A DNA stretch of 20,767 bases from a virus (lineage: Duplodnaviria; Heunggongvirae; Uroviricota; Caudoviricetes), in the IMG/VR virus record IMGVR_UViG_2547132272_000014. One strand, 5' to 3'. Below, in pieces: positions 1-9,405 of the stretch (position 1 is the first letter of the stretch; every line of letters begins with the position of its first letter). The translations under genes were made by a program, and so were the position numbers. The notes beneath the pieces were generated by a model, which worked only from the letters and a program-made list of their open reading frames with translations, did not search any database and had not been told where the DNA came from.

Positions 1-354
1 CACTAAATCAGTAAGTTGGCAGCATCACCAGCAAATAATGCTTATAAAAATCAACTCAATAGATTGTTTTGTTTTTTTTGTTCAGAAAAATAATGTGGGT
101 GGCGTAAGTTTTATATTGAATATCTGGCAGAGTGAAAATTTGAGATTTTTATAAAAAATAATTCAAATAACACCAGCGATAATTGCAGTGAAAGTTATTA
201 ACCAGTCGGACAAGAGTGGTTCGCATTAAGAACAATACAAATATATTCTCTTTTCCTGTGGATTTTTCCTAACCGCTGAACTACTTATTAATCAACCCTG
301 ATGATGACTGTTAGCTTCAGGGCATTAGCCAATCACACATTATGGAGTTCACCT

Positions 355-630
355 ATGAAAACTGGAACTAAGCTCTTAGTTGGTGCGTTAGCTTTTGTTG
401 TCACAAACGTCTATGCCGCTGAATTGATGACTAAAGCGGAATTTGAAAAGGTTGAATCGCAATATGAAAAAATAGGTGATATTTCAACAAGTAATGAAAT
501 GTCGACTGCAGATGCAAAAGAAGATTTAATCAAAAAAGCGGATGAAAAAGGTGCTGATGTGTTGGTACTGACCTCCGGTCAGACTGACAATAAGATCCAC
601 GGCACGGCAAATATTTATAAGAAGAAGTAA
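355..630 (+). CDS. yahO: YahO-like small periplasmic protein (DUF1471 / BhsA-McbA family), 91 aa
   Basis: ORF track 301..630 trimmed to ATG 355, which has GGAG at 343-346; N-terminus [23 protein letters not shown] is a typical Sec signal peptide; sequence recognised from memory as E. coli YahO; position upstream of prpR fits the known gene order. Confidence 0.7.
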   Translation: MKTGTKLLVGALAFVVTNVYAAELMTKAEFEKVESQYEKIGDISTSNEMSTADAKEDLIKKADEKGADVLVLTSGQTDNKIHGTANIYKKK

Positions 631-702
631 TTCTGAAGCCATGTAAATATGCCCGATGTGCACGTCTATCGGTGAATGCAATATATTGAAATTCATGATT
701 TT

Positions 703-736
703 GTAGGCCGGATAGGGGGTCACACCGCATCCGGCA
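703..736. repeat. REP (repetitive extragenic palindromic) element between yahO and prpR
   Basis: gtaggccggatagggggtcacaccgcatccggca matches the enterobacterial REP consensus (GCCGGATA...GCATCCGGC) with internal dyad symmetry. Confidence 0.5.
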
Positions 737-738
737 AT

Positions 739-2325
739 TTAATTTTTCAGCCGCCGCCAGAACGTCGTTCGGCTGATGCCTAAATAATTCGCCGCTGCTG
801 TTTTATCACCATTAAATTTCTCCAGTGCCTGTTGGGGTGTCAGCAAGGGAGAGGCGGTAATTTTCGCCGACTCGTGGGCTAATTCCGGCAGTAGCCGTTG
901 CAAAAACTGCGGCGTTAAATCCGGCGTCGGTTCCACACTTAAAAATAGCGCCAGTCGCTCCATCATATTGCGGAGTTCACGAATATTTCCCGGCCACTCA
1001 TAGTGCAATAAAACCACCTGGCAGGTATTTAACCCCTCGCGTAACGCAGCAGAAAATGGGGCGGAGAGCGCCGCCAGAGACACTTTTAAAAAGCTTTCCG
1101 CCAACGGCAGAATATCCGCACCCCGCTCGCGCAGTGGCGGCAATTGCAGACGTAAAATACTCAGTCGATAAAACAGATCACGGCGAAAACGTCCTTGCTG
1201 CATATCCTCTTCCAGATTGCAGTGGGTGGCGCTGATGACCCGCACATTTACCGGAACAGGCTGATGTCCGCCGACGCGAGTGACCTCTTTTTCTTCCAGC
1301 ACCCGCAGCAGGCGAGTCTGCAAAGGCAGCGGCATTTCGCCAATTTCATCAAGAAACAGCGTGCCGCCGTGGGCAATTTCGAACAGCCCGGCGCGACCTC
1401 CGCGTCGCGAGCCGGTAAATGCCCCTTCCTCATAGCCAAATAGCTCCGCTTCCAGCAATGATTCGGCAATCGCTCCGCAGTTAACGGCAACAAACGGATG
1501 TGATTTTTTACCGTGGCGAGCGTCATGACAGGCAAAGTATTCCCGATGTATCGCCTGAGCCGCCAGCTCTTTACCGGTTCCCGTTTCTCCCTGAATCAGC
1601 ACCGCCGCACTGGATCGGGCATAGAGCAAAATGGTTTGCCGCACTTGTTCCATCTGTGGCGATTGACCAAGCATATCGCTCAAAACGTAACGAGTACGCA
1701 GGGCGTTGCGGGTAGTGTTCTGGGCGTTATGCCTTAGAGACATGCGTGTCATATCCAGCGCATCGCTGAACGCCTGGCGCACGGTGGCAGCGGAATAGAT
1801 AAAAATTCCGGTCATTCCGGCTTCTTCTGCCAGATCGGTAATCAGCCCGGCACCGACCACGGCTTCGGTGCCGCTAGCTTTTAGCTCGTTAATCTGCCCG
1901 CGTGCGTCTTCTTCGGTGATGTAACTACGTTGGTCGAGACGCAGATTAAAGGTTTTTTGAAACGCCACCAGTGCCGGAATGGTTTCCTGATAAGTAACGA
2001 CGCCAATCGATGAGGTAAGTTTTCCGGCTTTTGCCAGCGCCTGTAACACATCAAAGCCGCTCGGTTTAATCAAAATAACGGGCACTGACAGGCGGCTTTT
2101 CAGGTACGCGCCGTTAGAGCCAGCGGCGATGATAGCGTCGCAGCGTTCACTTGCCAGTTTTTTGCGGATGTAGGCCACCGCTTTTTCAAAGCCAAGCTGG
2201 ATAGGCGTTATGTTCGCCAGGTGATTAAACTCAAGGCTGATATCGCGAAACAGTTCGAACAAGCGCGTCACTGATACCGTCCAAAAAATGGGTTTATCGT
2301 CGTTCAGCCGTGGTGGATGTGCCAT
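739..2325 (-). CDS. prpR: Propionate catabolism operon regulator PrpR, sigma54-dependent enhancer-binding protein, 528 aa
   Basis: ORF track 739..2394 trimmed to ATG at 2325 (protein [12 protein letters not shown]...); AAA+ sigma54-interaction signatures GETGTGKE (Walker A) and GAFTG, C-terminal HTH; divergent from prpB. Confidence 0.85.
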   Translation of the reverse strand: MAHPPRLNDDKPIFWTVSVTRLFELFRDISLEFNHLANITPIQLGFEKAVAYIRKKLASERCDAIIAAGSNGAYLKSRLSVPVILIKPSGFDVLQALAKAGKLTSSIGVVTYQETIPALVAFQKTFNLRLDQRSYITEEDARGQINELKASGTEAVVGAGLITDLAEEAGMTGIFIYSAATVRQAFSDALDMTRMSLRHNAQNTTRNALRTRYVLSDMLGQSPQMEQVRQTILLYARSSAAVLIQGETGTGKELAAQAIHREYFACHDARHGKKSHPFVAVNCGAIAESLLEAELFGYEEGAFTGSRRGGRAGLFEIAHGGTLFLDEIGEMPLPLQTRLLRVLEEKEVTRVGGHQPVPVNVRVISATHCNLEEDMQQGRFRRDLFYRLSILRLQLPPLRERGADILPLAESFLKVSLAALSAPFSAALREGLNTCQVVLLHYEWPGNIRELRNMMERLALFLSVEPTPDLTPQFLQRLLPELAHESAKITASPLLTPQQALEKFNGDKTAAANYLGISRTTFWRRLKN

Positions 2326-2501
2326 AGCACCCCAAAGAATTAAGAAACCGAATATTGGGTTTAGTCTTGTTTCATAATTGTTGCAATGAAACACGGTGAA
2401 ACATTGCCTGAAACGTTAACTGAAACGCATATTTGCAGATTAAGTAAGAGTGTTTTTGTTAACAAATTGAAATGTATTGGTTATTTTGAGTTTATCAATT
2501 G

Positions 2502-2517
2502 TGGCATAGCCCTTGCT
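2502..2517 (+). promoter_or_regulatory. sigma54 (RpoN) -24/-12 promoter for prpB-prpC
   Basis: TGGCATAGCCCTTGCT fits TGGCAC-N5-TTGCW (GG at 2503-2504, GC at 2515-2516); lies about 50 bp upstream of the prpB start and next to the divergent sigma54 activator gene prpR. Confidence 0.7.
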
Positions 2518-2563
2518 TTGTGTTTATCAACGAAAATAACAAGTTGATAACAAAGGATGGGCT

Positions 2564-3454
2564 ATGTCTCTACACTCTCCAGGTAAAGCGTTTCGCGCCG
2601 CACTCTCCAAAGAAACTCCGTTGCAAATTGTTGGCACCATTAACGCCAACCATGCGTTGTTGGCGCAGCGTGCCGGATATCAGGCGATTTATCTCTCCGG
2701 TGGTGGCGTGGCGGCAGGTTCGCTGGGGCTACCCGATCTCGGTATTTCTACCCTTGATGATGTGCTGACCGATATTCGGCGTATCACCGACGTTTGCTCG
2801 CTGCCGCTGCTGGTTGATGCCGATATCGGCTTTGGCTCTTCGGCCTTTAACGTGGCGCGTACTGTGAAATCGATGATTAAAGCCGGTGCGGCAGGATTGC
2901 ATATTGAAGATCAGATCGGCGCGAAACGCTGCGGTCATCGTCCGAACAAAGCGATCGTCTCGAAAGAGGAGATGGTTGATCGGATCCGCGCGGCGGTGGA
3001 TGCGAAAACCGATCCTGATTTTGTGATCATGGCGCGCACCGATGCGCTGGCAGTGGAAGGTCTGGACGGCGCGATCGAACGCGCGCGAGCCTATGTTGAA
3101 GCCGGTGCCGAGATGCTGTTCCCGGAGGCGATTACTGAACTCGCCATGTACCGCCAGTTTGCCGATGCGGTGCAGGTGCCAATCCTCGCCAACATTACCG
3201 AATTTGGCGCCACGCCCCTGTTCACCACCGATGAATTACGCAGCGCCCATGTCGCAATGGCGCTGTACCCGCTTTCAGCATTCCGCGCCATGAACCGCGC
3301 CGCTGAACATGTCTACAACATCCTGCGCCAGGAAGGCACGCAGAAAAGCGTGATCGACACCATGCAGACCCGTAACGAGTTGTACGAAAGCATCAACTAC
3401 TACCAGTACGAAGAGAAGCTCGACGACCTGTTTGCCCGTAGCCAGGCGAAATAA
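2564..3454 (+). CDS. prpB: 2-methylisocitrate lyase, 296 aa
   Basis: ORF 2564..3454 with AAGGATGG upstream; isocitrate lyase/PEP mutase family signatures (KRCGH catalytic loop, EDQ motif); recognised as E. coli PrpB. Confidence 0.9.
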   Translation: MSLHSPGKAFRAALSKETPLQIVGTINANHALLAQRAGYQAIYLSGGGVAAGSLGLPDLGISTLDDVLTDIRRITDVCSLPLLVDADIGFGSSAFNVARTVKSMIKAGAAGLHIEDQIGAKRCGHRPNKAIVSKEEMVDRIRAAVDAKTDPDFVIMARTDALAVEGLDGAIERARAYVEAGAEMLFPEAITELAMYRQFADAVQVPILANITEFGATPLFTTDELRSAHVAMALYPLSAFRAMNRAAEHVYNILRQEGTQKSVIDTMQTRNELYESINYYQYEEKLDDLFARSQAK

Positions 3455-3487
3455 ACAAACGTCTGGTGGTTGTATTCGACAACCGAT

Positions 3488-3574
3488 GCCTGATGCGCCG
3501 CTGACGCGACTTATCAGGCCTACGAGGTGTACTGAACTGTAGGTCGGATAAGACGCATGGCGTCGCATCCGACA
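3488..3574. repeat. Pair of inverted REP elements (BIME-like) in the prpB-prpC spacer
   Basis: gcctgatgcgccgctgacgcgacttatcaggcctac (3488-3523) and gtaggtcggataagacgcatggcgtcgcatccgaca (3538-3574) are REP-consensus sequences in opposite orientation. Confidence 0.5.
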
Positions 3575-3615
3575 ACAATCTCGACCCTACAAATGATAAC
3601 AATGACGAGGACAAC

Positions 3616-4650
3616 ATGAGCGACACAACGATCCTGCAAAACAGTACCCATGTCATTAAACCAAAAAAATCTGTGGCACTTTCTGGCGTTCCGGCGGGTA
3701 ACACCGCGCTTTGTACCGTAGGCAAAAGCGGCAACGACCTGCACTATCGCGGCTACGATATTCTCGATCTCGCAGAACATTGCGAATTTGAAGAAGTGGC
3801 GCATCTGCTGATCCACGGCAAACTGCCGACCCGTGACGAACTCGCCGCTTACAAAACGAAACTGAAAGCCCTGCGCGGTTTACCGGCTAACGTGCGTACC
3901 GTGCTGGAGGCTTTACCTGCGGCGTCGCACCCGATGGATGTTATGCGCACCGGCGTTTCCGCGCTCGGCTGCACGCTGCCGGAAAAAGAGGGGCACACCG
4001 TCTCCGGCGCGCGGGATATTGCCGACAAACTGTTGGCGTCGCTGAGTTCGATTCTTCTCTACTGGTATCACTACAGCCACAACGGCGAACGCATCCAGCC
4101 GGAAACCGATGACGACTCTATCGGCGGTCACTTCCTGCATCTGCTGCATGGTGAAAAGCCGTCGCAAAGTTGGGAAAAGGCGATGCAAATTTCGCTGGTG
4201 CTGTACGCCGAGCATGAGTTTAACGCCTCCACCTTTACCAGCCGGGTGATTGCGGGCACCGGCTCTGATATGTATTCAGCCATTATCGGCGCGATTGGTG
4301 CACTGCGCGGGCCGAAGCACGGCGGGGCGAATGAAGTGTCACTGGAGATCCAGCAACGCTACGAAACGCCGGACGAAGCCGAAGCGGATATCCGCAAGCG
4401 CGTGGAAAACAAAGAAGTGGTGATTGGTTTTGGCCATCCGGTTTATACCATCGCCGACCCGCGCCATCAGGTGATCAAGCGTGTGGCGAAGCAGCTCTCG
4501 CAGGAAGGCGGCTCGCTGAAGATGTACAACATTGCCGATCGCCTGGAAACGGTGATGTGGGAGAGCAAAAAGATGTTCCCCAATCTCGACTGGTTCTCCG
4601 CTGTTTCCTACAACATGATGGGCGTTCCCACCGAGATTGTGGGGTGGTGA
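3616..4650 (+). pseudogene. prpC: 2-methylcitrate synthase prpC, 3'-truncated by prophage insertion
   Basis: Translation matches PrpC (citrate synthase family) through ...[13 protein letters not shown]. As I recall it, intact PrpC continues MFTPLFVIARVTGW... for about 45 more residues; here the frame reads IVGW-stop, encoded by the first bases of the prophage end. Chromosome/prophage junction is at 4637/4638. Confidence 0.75.
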
Positions 4651-4800
4651 TCAATTCTGGGCGGAGTTCGTGCAGCCTGGTAGAACCTGCAAGCCTTGTG
4701 TGGCGCGGGGTGTGGTGATTTAGTGTGATTCTGGGCGGATTTGTGAGAAATGACCAAAAACGCTTTTTTTTGCGCTTTTTTCTGGGCGCTTTTGATCTGG
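4645..4800 (+). repeat. Left-end array of three direct repeats, candidate transposase-binding sites (analogous to Mu L1-L3)
   Basis: TTCTGGGCGG at 4655-4664 and 4729-4738, and TTCTGGGCGC at 4780-4789; the first two sit in longer matching contexts GGTGAT...ATTCTGGGCGGAnTTnGTG. Offsets of about 18, 92 and 143 bp from the terminus resemble the Mu attL layout. Confidence 0.5.
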
Positions 4801-4949
4801 TTCTGCTACAAACTTAACGGGTTTTAAATGCTTTTAAAAAGTGTTTTATCCTTGCCCGTTTTCCTCAATTTGTTCTCATCTGTTGTGTTCGGTTTTGTTG
4901 TGGTTATTGCTGATTAGCTAACAGCATACGCCCCGCCAAAACGAGGCGC

Positions 4950-5600
4950 TTATGCTGATTTCTTGTTTACAGGCTTCGTTTCTTGCTCCGGCGTGGCAAC
5001 GGTCTGACCACCTGGCGACCTAGCTCGTATATGAGATTCGATGCGGCGCAAAATCTCTTTGTCAATTTCTTCGTTACCATCTAATGCCATACATATGGCG
5101 TCTTTTAGCGATTCCCTGATGTTCAGGCTTCTGATGGCATTCTCCTGTTCGTCTAGGTCGTTGTAGGCCTGTTTCGCTTGCCTGGTGGGTTGTTGTAGGC
5201 GTTCCAGGACTCCTTTGATACCAATACAACAAAGCATATCAATAAGACGCTCTCTATCTTCTGGAGCGGCTCGTCTTAGTATTTCGTCAACAATACTTGT
5301 ATCGGGGCGGTTAACGTCTTCTGTAGTCACCCTTGATTTTTCTACCATTGGAACACTTCTGTTCTCACCGTAGACCAGCCATTCCAGTGATACATTCTCT
5401 AATTTTGCTATTGTAGCGACCACATTTAGGCCAGGTGTCGTGCCTTTTTCAAAGTAGTTATTTATGGTCGAGTACGGTAATCCCCAGTCTGAGGTGGCTT
5501 TACGCAGGCTCCTGGTGCCAATCAGTTGTTTGATTCTGTCTTGAATGCTTTCTTTTCTATCCTGAGAAAAGGAAAAATCATCAGCGATTTGTTTACTCAT
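4950..5600 (-). CDS. Prophage repressor candidate, N-terminal HTH (XRE/CI-like), 216 aa
   Basis: Minus-strand ORF divergent from ner; AGGA upstream of ATG 5600 on the minus strand; N-terminal segment LRKATSDWGLPYSTINNYFEKGTTPGLNVVATIAKLENVSLEWLVYGE looks like a CI/C2-type helix-turn-helix; no obvious S24 peptidase motif in the C-terminal half. Confidence 0.6.
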   Translation of the reverse strand: MSKQIADDFSFSQDRKESIQDRIKQLIGTRSLRKATSDWGLPYSTINNYFEKGTTPGLNVVATIAKLENVSLEWLVYGENRSVPMVEKSRVTTEDVNRPDTSIVDEILRRAAPEDRERLIDMLCCIGIKGVLERLQQPTRQAKQAYNDLDEQENAIRSLNIRESLKDAICMALDGNEEIDKEILRRIESHIRARSPGGQTVATPEQETKPVNKKSA

Positions 5601-5648
5601 TTTCTTTCCTTCTAACGTGTTGATTTACATGTGCTTTCTTCAAAAAGA

Positions 5649-5752
5649 CTTTCTTTTCACCAAAGAAAGAAAAGAAAGCTTGTAATTTTCTATTTGTGGA
5701 TCAATACTTATATCCGAAGGGATAACACGGCGGTGTTATCCGCACGGATAAC
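5649..5752. promoter_or_regulatory. Divergent repressor/ner control region with candidate operators
   Basis: Inverted repeat CTTTCTTTTC (5649-5658) / GAAAAGAAAG (5669-5678); palindrome GATAACAC-GGCG-GTGTTATC (5721-5740) plus a third GGATAAC half-site at 5746-5752; located between divergent regulatory genes. Confidence 0.4.
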
Positions 5753-5768
5753 TTTTAAGGGTAACCTA

Positions 5769-6005
5769 ATGATGGTTAGAAATGAAGTAATGAACAAAGA
5801 CTGGCACCGCGAGTACATCGTTGCCGCTGTGCACACCAAAGGTTTTACATTGCGTGAACTTTCTGAACGCGCTGGTCTAAAAAAAGACTCTTTAAAAAAT
5901 GCACTGTATCGCTCATGCCCTAAATATGAACGCATCATAGCCGATGCTATTGGTGTGGAACCTGCGGAGATCTGGCCAAGCCGGTATGCCAGTAAGGCGG
6001 CGTAA
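5769..6005 (+). CDS. ner: Ner-like DNA-binding protein (Mu Ner / Nlp family), 78 aa
   Basis: ORF track 5631..6005 trimmed to ATG 5769 (AAGGG at 5757-5761); sequence KDWHREYIVAAVHTKGFTLRELSERAGL...IIADAIGVEPAEIWPSRY resembles Mu Ner (…DWHRADVIAGLKKRKLSLSALSRQFG…IWPSRY, from memory). Confidence 0.75.
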   Translation: MMVRNEVMNKDWHREYIVAAVHTKGFTLRELSERAGLKKDSLKNALYRSCPKYERIIADAIGVEPAEIWPSRYASKAA

Positions 6006-8047
6006 TGTTTTATTCAGCCAATGAGCTGGCCGGTCTTCCTGGTTTGCCCGGTACAGTTCAGGGGGTGCGCTGGACGCTCAATCGGATCACAGAGACGCAC
6101 CCAGAATGGAAGCGCAAGCGCGAAGGCACCAAAGCATTCGAGTATCACATCGACTGCCTGCCCGCTGAAGCGCAGAAAGTTTTACGTAAGCGCCTGACTC
6201 ATCAGGTCCTGGAAGATGCACAACTGCCCGCCGTAGTTGAGCAGAAAGCAGTTAAAAACGTCGCCGTTCGCGATGAACTGGAGGTGATGGTCAAATGCCC
6301 GGAGCTGGCATTACGCGAAGTCCAGTCACTGACCGACAAGCAAAAGGCCATCGCTGATGCGCGGATATTGCTGGCTACTGAAGTGCATAAGCTGCGCGAG
6401 TATGCCGGAATGACCAGGAAGGCCGCTTTAAAGCACATCGTTGATGGTGTGCGCATGGGGGCGTTACCTGACCGCATTATCGAAGCAGCGAATACTGCAA
6501 ATGCACGTCAGGGAAAGCGAACCGGTGTCAGCACCGGCAGCCTGGATAGCTGGTACTCCAGCTGGGTGATGGCGCGCGGTGATGCCAATCAGTTACTGGC
6601 GTTACTGGCTCCCGGTCATCATAAGGGAACACCGTGGGAGCAGGTCTGGTGGTTGAGCGATTTCTTTATGTTCTATCGCTCATGGAAGCGCCCGACTGTT
6701 GAATATGCGTATCGTGAGTTTTCAGCCTGGTGGCATGAAAAACACGCGAATGATGCGGGAATGCTGGCGGCACTGCCTTCAGTTCACGCAGTAAGACGGG
6801 TGTTAAGCAGCGTCCCGGTGATTGTTAAAGAGCGTTTCCGCTCCACCGGTTCAGCCTGGCGTTCGCTCAATCCCTTTGTGCGGCGCGACTGGACATCATT
6901 ACCGGTTAATGCGGTATGGGTCGGGGATGGTCACTGTATGAAAATGACCGCGTTTAACCCCCTGACCGGCAATATTTTCCGGCCAGAAGTGACGCTGGTT
7001 ATGGATGCGGGGCAACGCTTTGTTGTGGGCTGGTCACTGTCCCTGTCGGAGAACGTGATAGCTGTTGCTGATGCGTTGCGTTACGGCATGGCACAGCACG
7101 GGATACCGCTGATTTATTACTCCGATAACGGGGGCGGCGAAAAAAACCGGGTGCTTGATGCCGATATTACCGGGATTCTGCCCCGTCTGGGTGTGGAACA
7201 TCACACGGGGATACCAGGTAACCCGCAGGGGCGCGGGGTGATTGAACGGGCAAACAAAGGAATACCCAAAGACGTGGCTCTGAGTTTCCAGACGTACTGC
7301 GCAAGGGATGCAGACAAGGAAACCGTAATGATGCAGCAACGGATTATGCAGTCAGCCATTAAGGCCACCCACAAAGGGAAAGAGCTGACAAAACGGCAGG
7401 TTAAGGCGAGGGATGAAATCCCTACCTTTGAGCAACTGATGGCAGCCATAGAGCTGGAGGTCAGACGCTATAACAACCGGCCACACAGCAGCCTTCCTCG
7501 CAAAGAGGATGGCGAATATTACAGCCCGGCAGCGTATCGCCGGAAACTGATAAAAGAGCAAAAGGCTGAAATCGACATGCTGTCGCCGGAAGAACTGCAT
7601 GAAATGTTCAGACCGGAAGTGACGCGCAAAACATTTCGCGGGGAAATTCAGTTATTCAACAATATTTATTACTCATATGAGCTGGCCGCAGAGCACGGGA
7701 ATGAAGTCAGGGTCAGTTACGATATTCATGATGCAAACAGCGTCATTGTCCGGCGGGCTGATGGCTCTTATATCTGCGATGCCATCTGGAACGGTAACAA
7801 GGTTGATGCCTTCGCTAAACCAGTTATCGAGCAAAAACTGGAGAAACGCGTCAGGGGCCGCATTGCACGGGCCACGCAGAAAATCGAAGAAGCTAAACGC
7901 GAGCTTACCCCGGCCATTACGCAGAAGCCTGACTTTAATCTGGGATATGGACTGGAGCGCCCGGAGAAAAAGGAAAAAGAAGAACTTTATTTATTCGCAT
8001 CTGAACGCGAACGCAATTTAAAGAAAAACGGCACAAACAACCGTTAA
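6005..8047 (+). CDS. MuA-like DDE transposase, 680 aa
   Basis: Start overlaps the ner stop (TAATG); N-terminus ANELAGLPGLP resembles the MuA N-terminus (ANLPGLPKT); candidate DDE residues in WVGDGH, YYSDNGG and GRGVIER; size and position match Mu A. Confidence 0.85.
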   Translation: MFYSANELAGLPGLPGTVQGVRWTLNRITETHPEWKRKREGTKAFEYHIDCLPAEAQKVLRKRLTHQVLEDAQLPAVVEQKAVKNVAVRDELEVMVKCPELALREVQSLTDKQKAIADARILLATEVHKLREYAGMTRKAALKHIVDGVRMGALPDRIIEAANTANARQGKRTGVSTGSLDSWYSSWVMARGDANQLLALLAPGHHKGTPWEQVWWLSDFFMFYRSWKRPTVEYAYREFSAWWHEKHANDAGMLAALPSVHAVRRVLSSVPVIVKERFRSTGSAWRSLNPFVRRDWTSLPVNAVWVGDGHCMKMTAFNPLTGNIFRPEVTLVMDAGQRFVVGWSLSLSENVIAVADALRYGMAQHGIPLIYYSDNGGGEKNRVLDADITGILPRLGVEHHTGIPGNPQGRGVIERANKGIPKDVALSFQTYCARDADKETVMMQQRIMQSAIKATHKGKELTKRQVKARDEIPTFEQLMAAIELEVRRYNNRPHSSLPRKEDGEYYSPAAYRRKLIKEQKAEIDMLSPEELHEMFRPEVTRKTFRGEIQLFNNIYYSYELAAEHGNEVRVSYDIHDANSVIVRRADGSYICDAIWNGNKVDAFAKPVIEQKLEKRVRGRIARATQKIEEAKRELTPAITQKPDFNLGYGLERPEKKEKEELYLFASERERNLKKNGTNNR

Positions 8048-8065
8048 TTTAAAAGGTATTTAATT

Positions 8066-8959
8066 ATGAGTTTAATTACGCAATTAAATGACGTAATGGC
8101 CCGTCGCGGCTATACGCAAACCCACGTCGCCCGTGCTATTGGTCGTAGCAGCGCCGTTATCAACCAGTATTTACAGGGTAAATATCAGGGCGATATGGCT
8201 GATATTGAAGAACGCATTTTCGCCTTTGTGACCCGTGAGCGGGAAAAGGAAAACAGCCGCCGTATTAAAGCGAAATTTGTTGCCACCGGTATGGCTGCCA
8301 AAGGACTGGAGGTGTTGGCCTATGCTCACCTGGAATGTGAAATCTGCGTACTGTATGGCGCGGCAGGTCTTGGCAAAACAATGATTCTGCGTGAATACGC
8401 CGCCAGAAACCGGGATGCGGTCCTGATTGAAGCCGACCCGGGCTATACAGCCAGAACACTGCTTGAGGAGCTGTGCCGCCAGCTGGGGGTAAAAGTTCGC
8501 GGCAATATCCACGAACTGATTGATGCATGTGTGCGAGAACTGCGTGATTCCGGTCGCCTGCTGATGGTGGACGAGGCTGAACTGCTCCCCTATCGCGCAC
8601 TGGAGGTTCTGCGCCGTCTGCATGACAAAGCGGGTATCGGGATTGTCCTGGCGGGTATGCCACGCCTTCTGATTAACCTCAAGGGACGTCGCGGTGAGTT
8701 CGCCCAGTTATACAGCCGTGTGGCGCTGGCGCTTAACCTGGGCGATACGCTGGCGCAGGAAGATTTTAACCAGATAGCCACCGGGCTGATGCCGGAAGCA
8801 GCAGAACCGGAAATCAGCGAGGCGCTTTACGTACGCTCGCTGGGTAATGCCCGCCGCCTCTTCAAACTGGCGCGCGGTGTGTACCGGATTTGTGATATCA
8901 GCGATGCACCGGTCAGTGTGCAGGCCATTGATAAATTCGCAGAAATGTTAATTCACTGA
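8066..8959 (+). CDS. MuB-like AAA+ ATPase (transposition target DNA activator), 297 aa
   Basis: N-terminal HTH-like segment, Walker A GAAGLGKT, Walker B-like LLMVDEAE; immediately downstream of the transposase as in Mu. Confidence 0.75.
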   Translation: MSLITQLNDVMARRGYTQTHVARAIGRSSAVINQYLQGKYQGDMADIEERIFAFVTREREKENSRRIKAKFVATGMAAKGLEVLAYAHLECEICVLYGAAGLGKTMILREYAARNRDAVLIEADPGYTARTLLEELCRQLGVKVRGNIHELIDACVRELRDSGRLLMVDEAELLPYRALEVLRRLHDKAGIGIVLAGMPRLLINLKGRRGEFAQLYSRVALALNLGDTLAQEDFNQIATGLMPEAAEPEISEALYVRSLGNARRLFKLARGVYRICDISDAPVSVQAIDKFAEMLIH

Positions 8960-9198
8960 TGGAGAACAAGACGATGGACAAGCAGACCATTAACGCCGTC
9001 CGTTCCCGTGCCCGTGTGGCCATCCACACCACTGGCGGTCGTGTAACGGGGCAGCATCACCGTTTACCTGTGGTTTATGCCTGCCCGCCCGTGGGTGGTC
9101 CTGTATGGCCGGTAACGGAAATCATCCAGACATTCAGCGGCCTGCGCCGCGTGGTGAAAACGTCCTGTATCGACGGCTGCACCGTCGTATGGCAGTAA
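8959..9198 (+). CDS. Hypothetical early protein, 79 aa (alternative start ATG 8974)
   Basis: ORF overlapping the B stop (TGATG); GGAG at 8961-8964 would serve ATG 8974; Cys-containing; no family recognised. Confidence 0.35.
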   Translation: MENKTMDKQTINAVRSRARVAIHTTGGRVTGQHHRLPVVYACPPVGGPVWPVTEIIQTFSGLRRVVKTSCIDGCTVVWQ

Positions 9199-9213
9199 AA
9201 CGAGGAACTGAAA

Positions 9214-9405
9214 ATGTCATTAGAGCTTGAGTTAACCTTCAGCCTGGACAGGCCTGGTAAACCGGAGAAAGCTGTCGCGACGTATCAGTTGCCGCCTGAT
9301 GTCACGGGAGAGCAGGTTTCCGACATTATCATAAAAACTCACTGTTTTATGAACGAAATTATTTTTAAATCGTTTGATTTCAAAGGAGAAAAACATGGCG
9401 GTTAA
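9214..9405 (+). CDS. Hypothetical early protein, 63 aa
   Basis: ATG 9214 preceded by GAGG; the 3' third of the ORF runs into AT-rich DNA, so the C-terminus may be fortuitous. Confidence 0.3.
   Translation: MSLELELTFSLDRPGKPEKAVATYQLPPDVTGEQVSDIIIKTHCFMNEIIFKSFDFKGEKHGG

Noticed and set aside
301-354. ORF-track N-terminal extension of yahO ([18 protein letters not shown])
   Set aside because: The RBS (GGAG at 343-346) and the signal peptide fit the internal ATG at 355; the extension has no RBS.
1195-1737. Several 70-95 aa ORFs in both orientations
   Set aside because: All lie inside prpR, whose frame is supported by AAA+ motifs; alternative-frame artefacts.
2326-2394. ORF-track N-terminal extension of prpR ([23 protein letters not shown])
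   Set aside because: It lies in the divergent promoter region; the recognised PrpR N-terminus begins MAHPPRL at the ATG ending at 2325 on the minus strand.
3913-4215. 100-aa minus-strand ORF
   Set aside because: Antisense within prpC.
4645-4800. Three direct repeats of TTCTGGGCG considered as a possible CRISPR array
   Set aside because: Only three copies, short (9-10 bp core), irregular spacing (74 and 51 bp), and located at the exact terminus of a transposable prophage; better explained as transposase-binding end repeats.
4740-4800. T-rich segment aaaaacgcttttttttgcgcttttttc considered as a terminator between prpC and the prophage repressor
   Set aside because: The flanking sequence forms only a weak, mismatched stem (aaaaacgc versus gcgctttt) with almost no GC pairing; not a convincing intrinsic terminator.
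8171-8663. Minus-strand ORFs of 150 and 132 aa
   Set aside because: Antisense to the MuB-like gene, which has Walker motifs in the plus frame.
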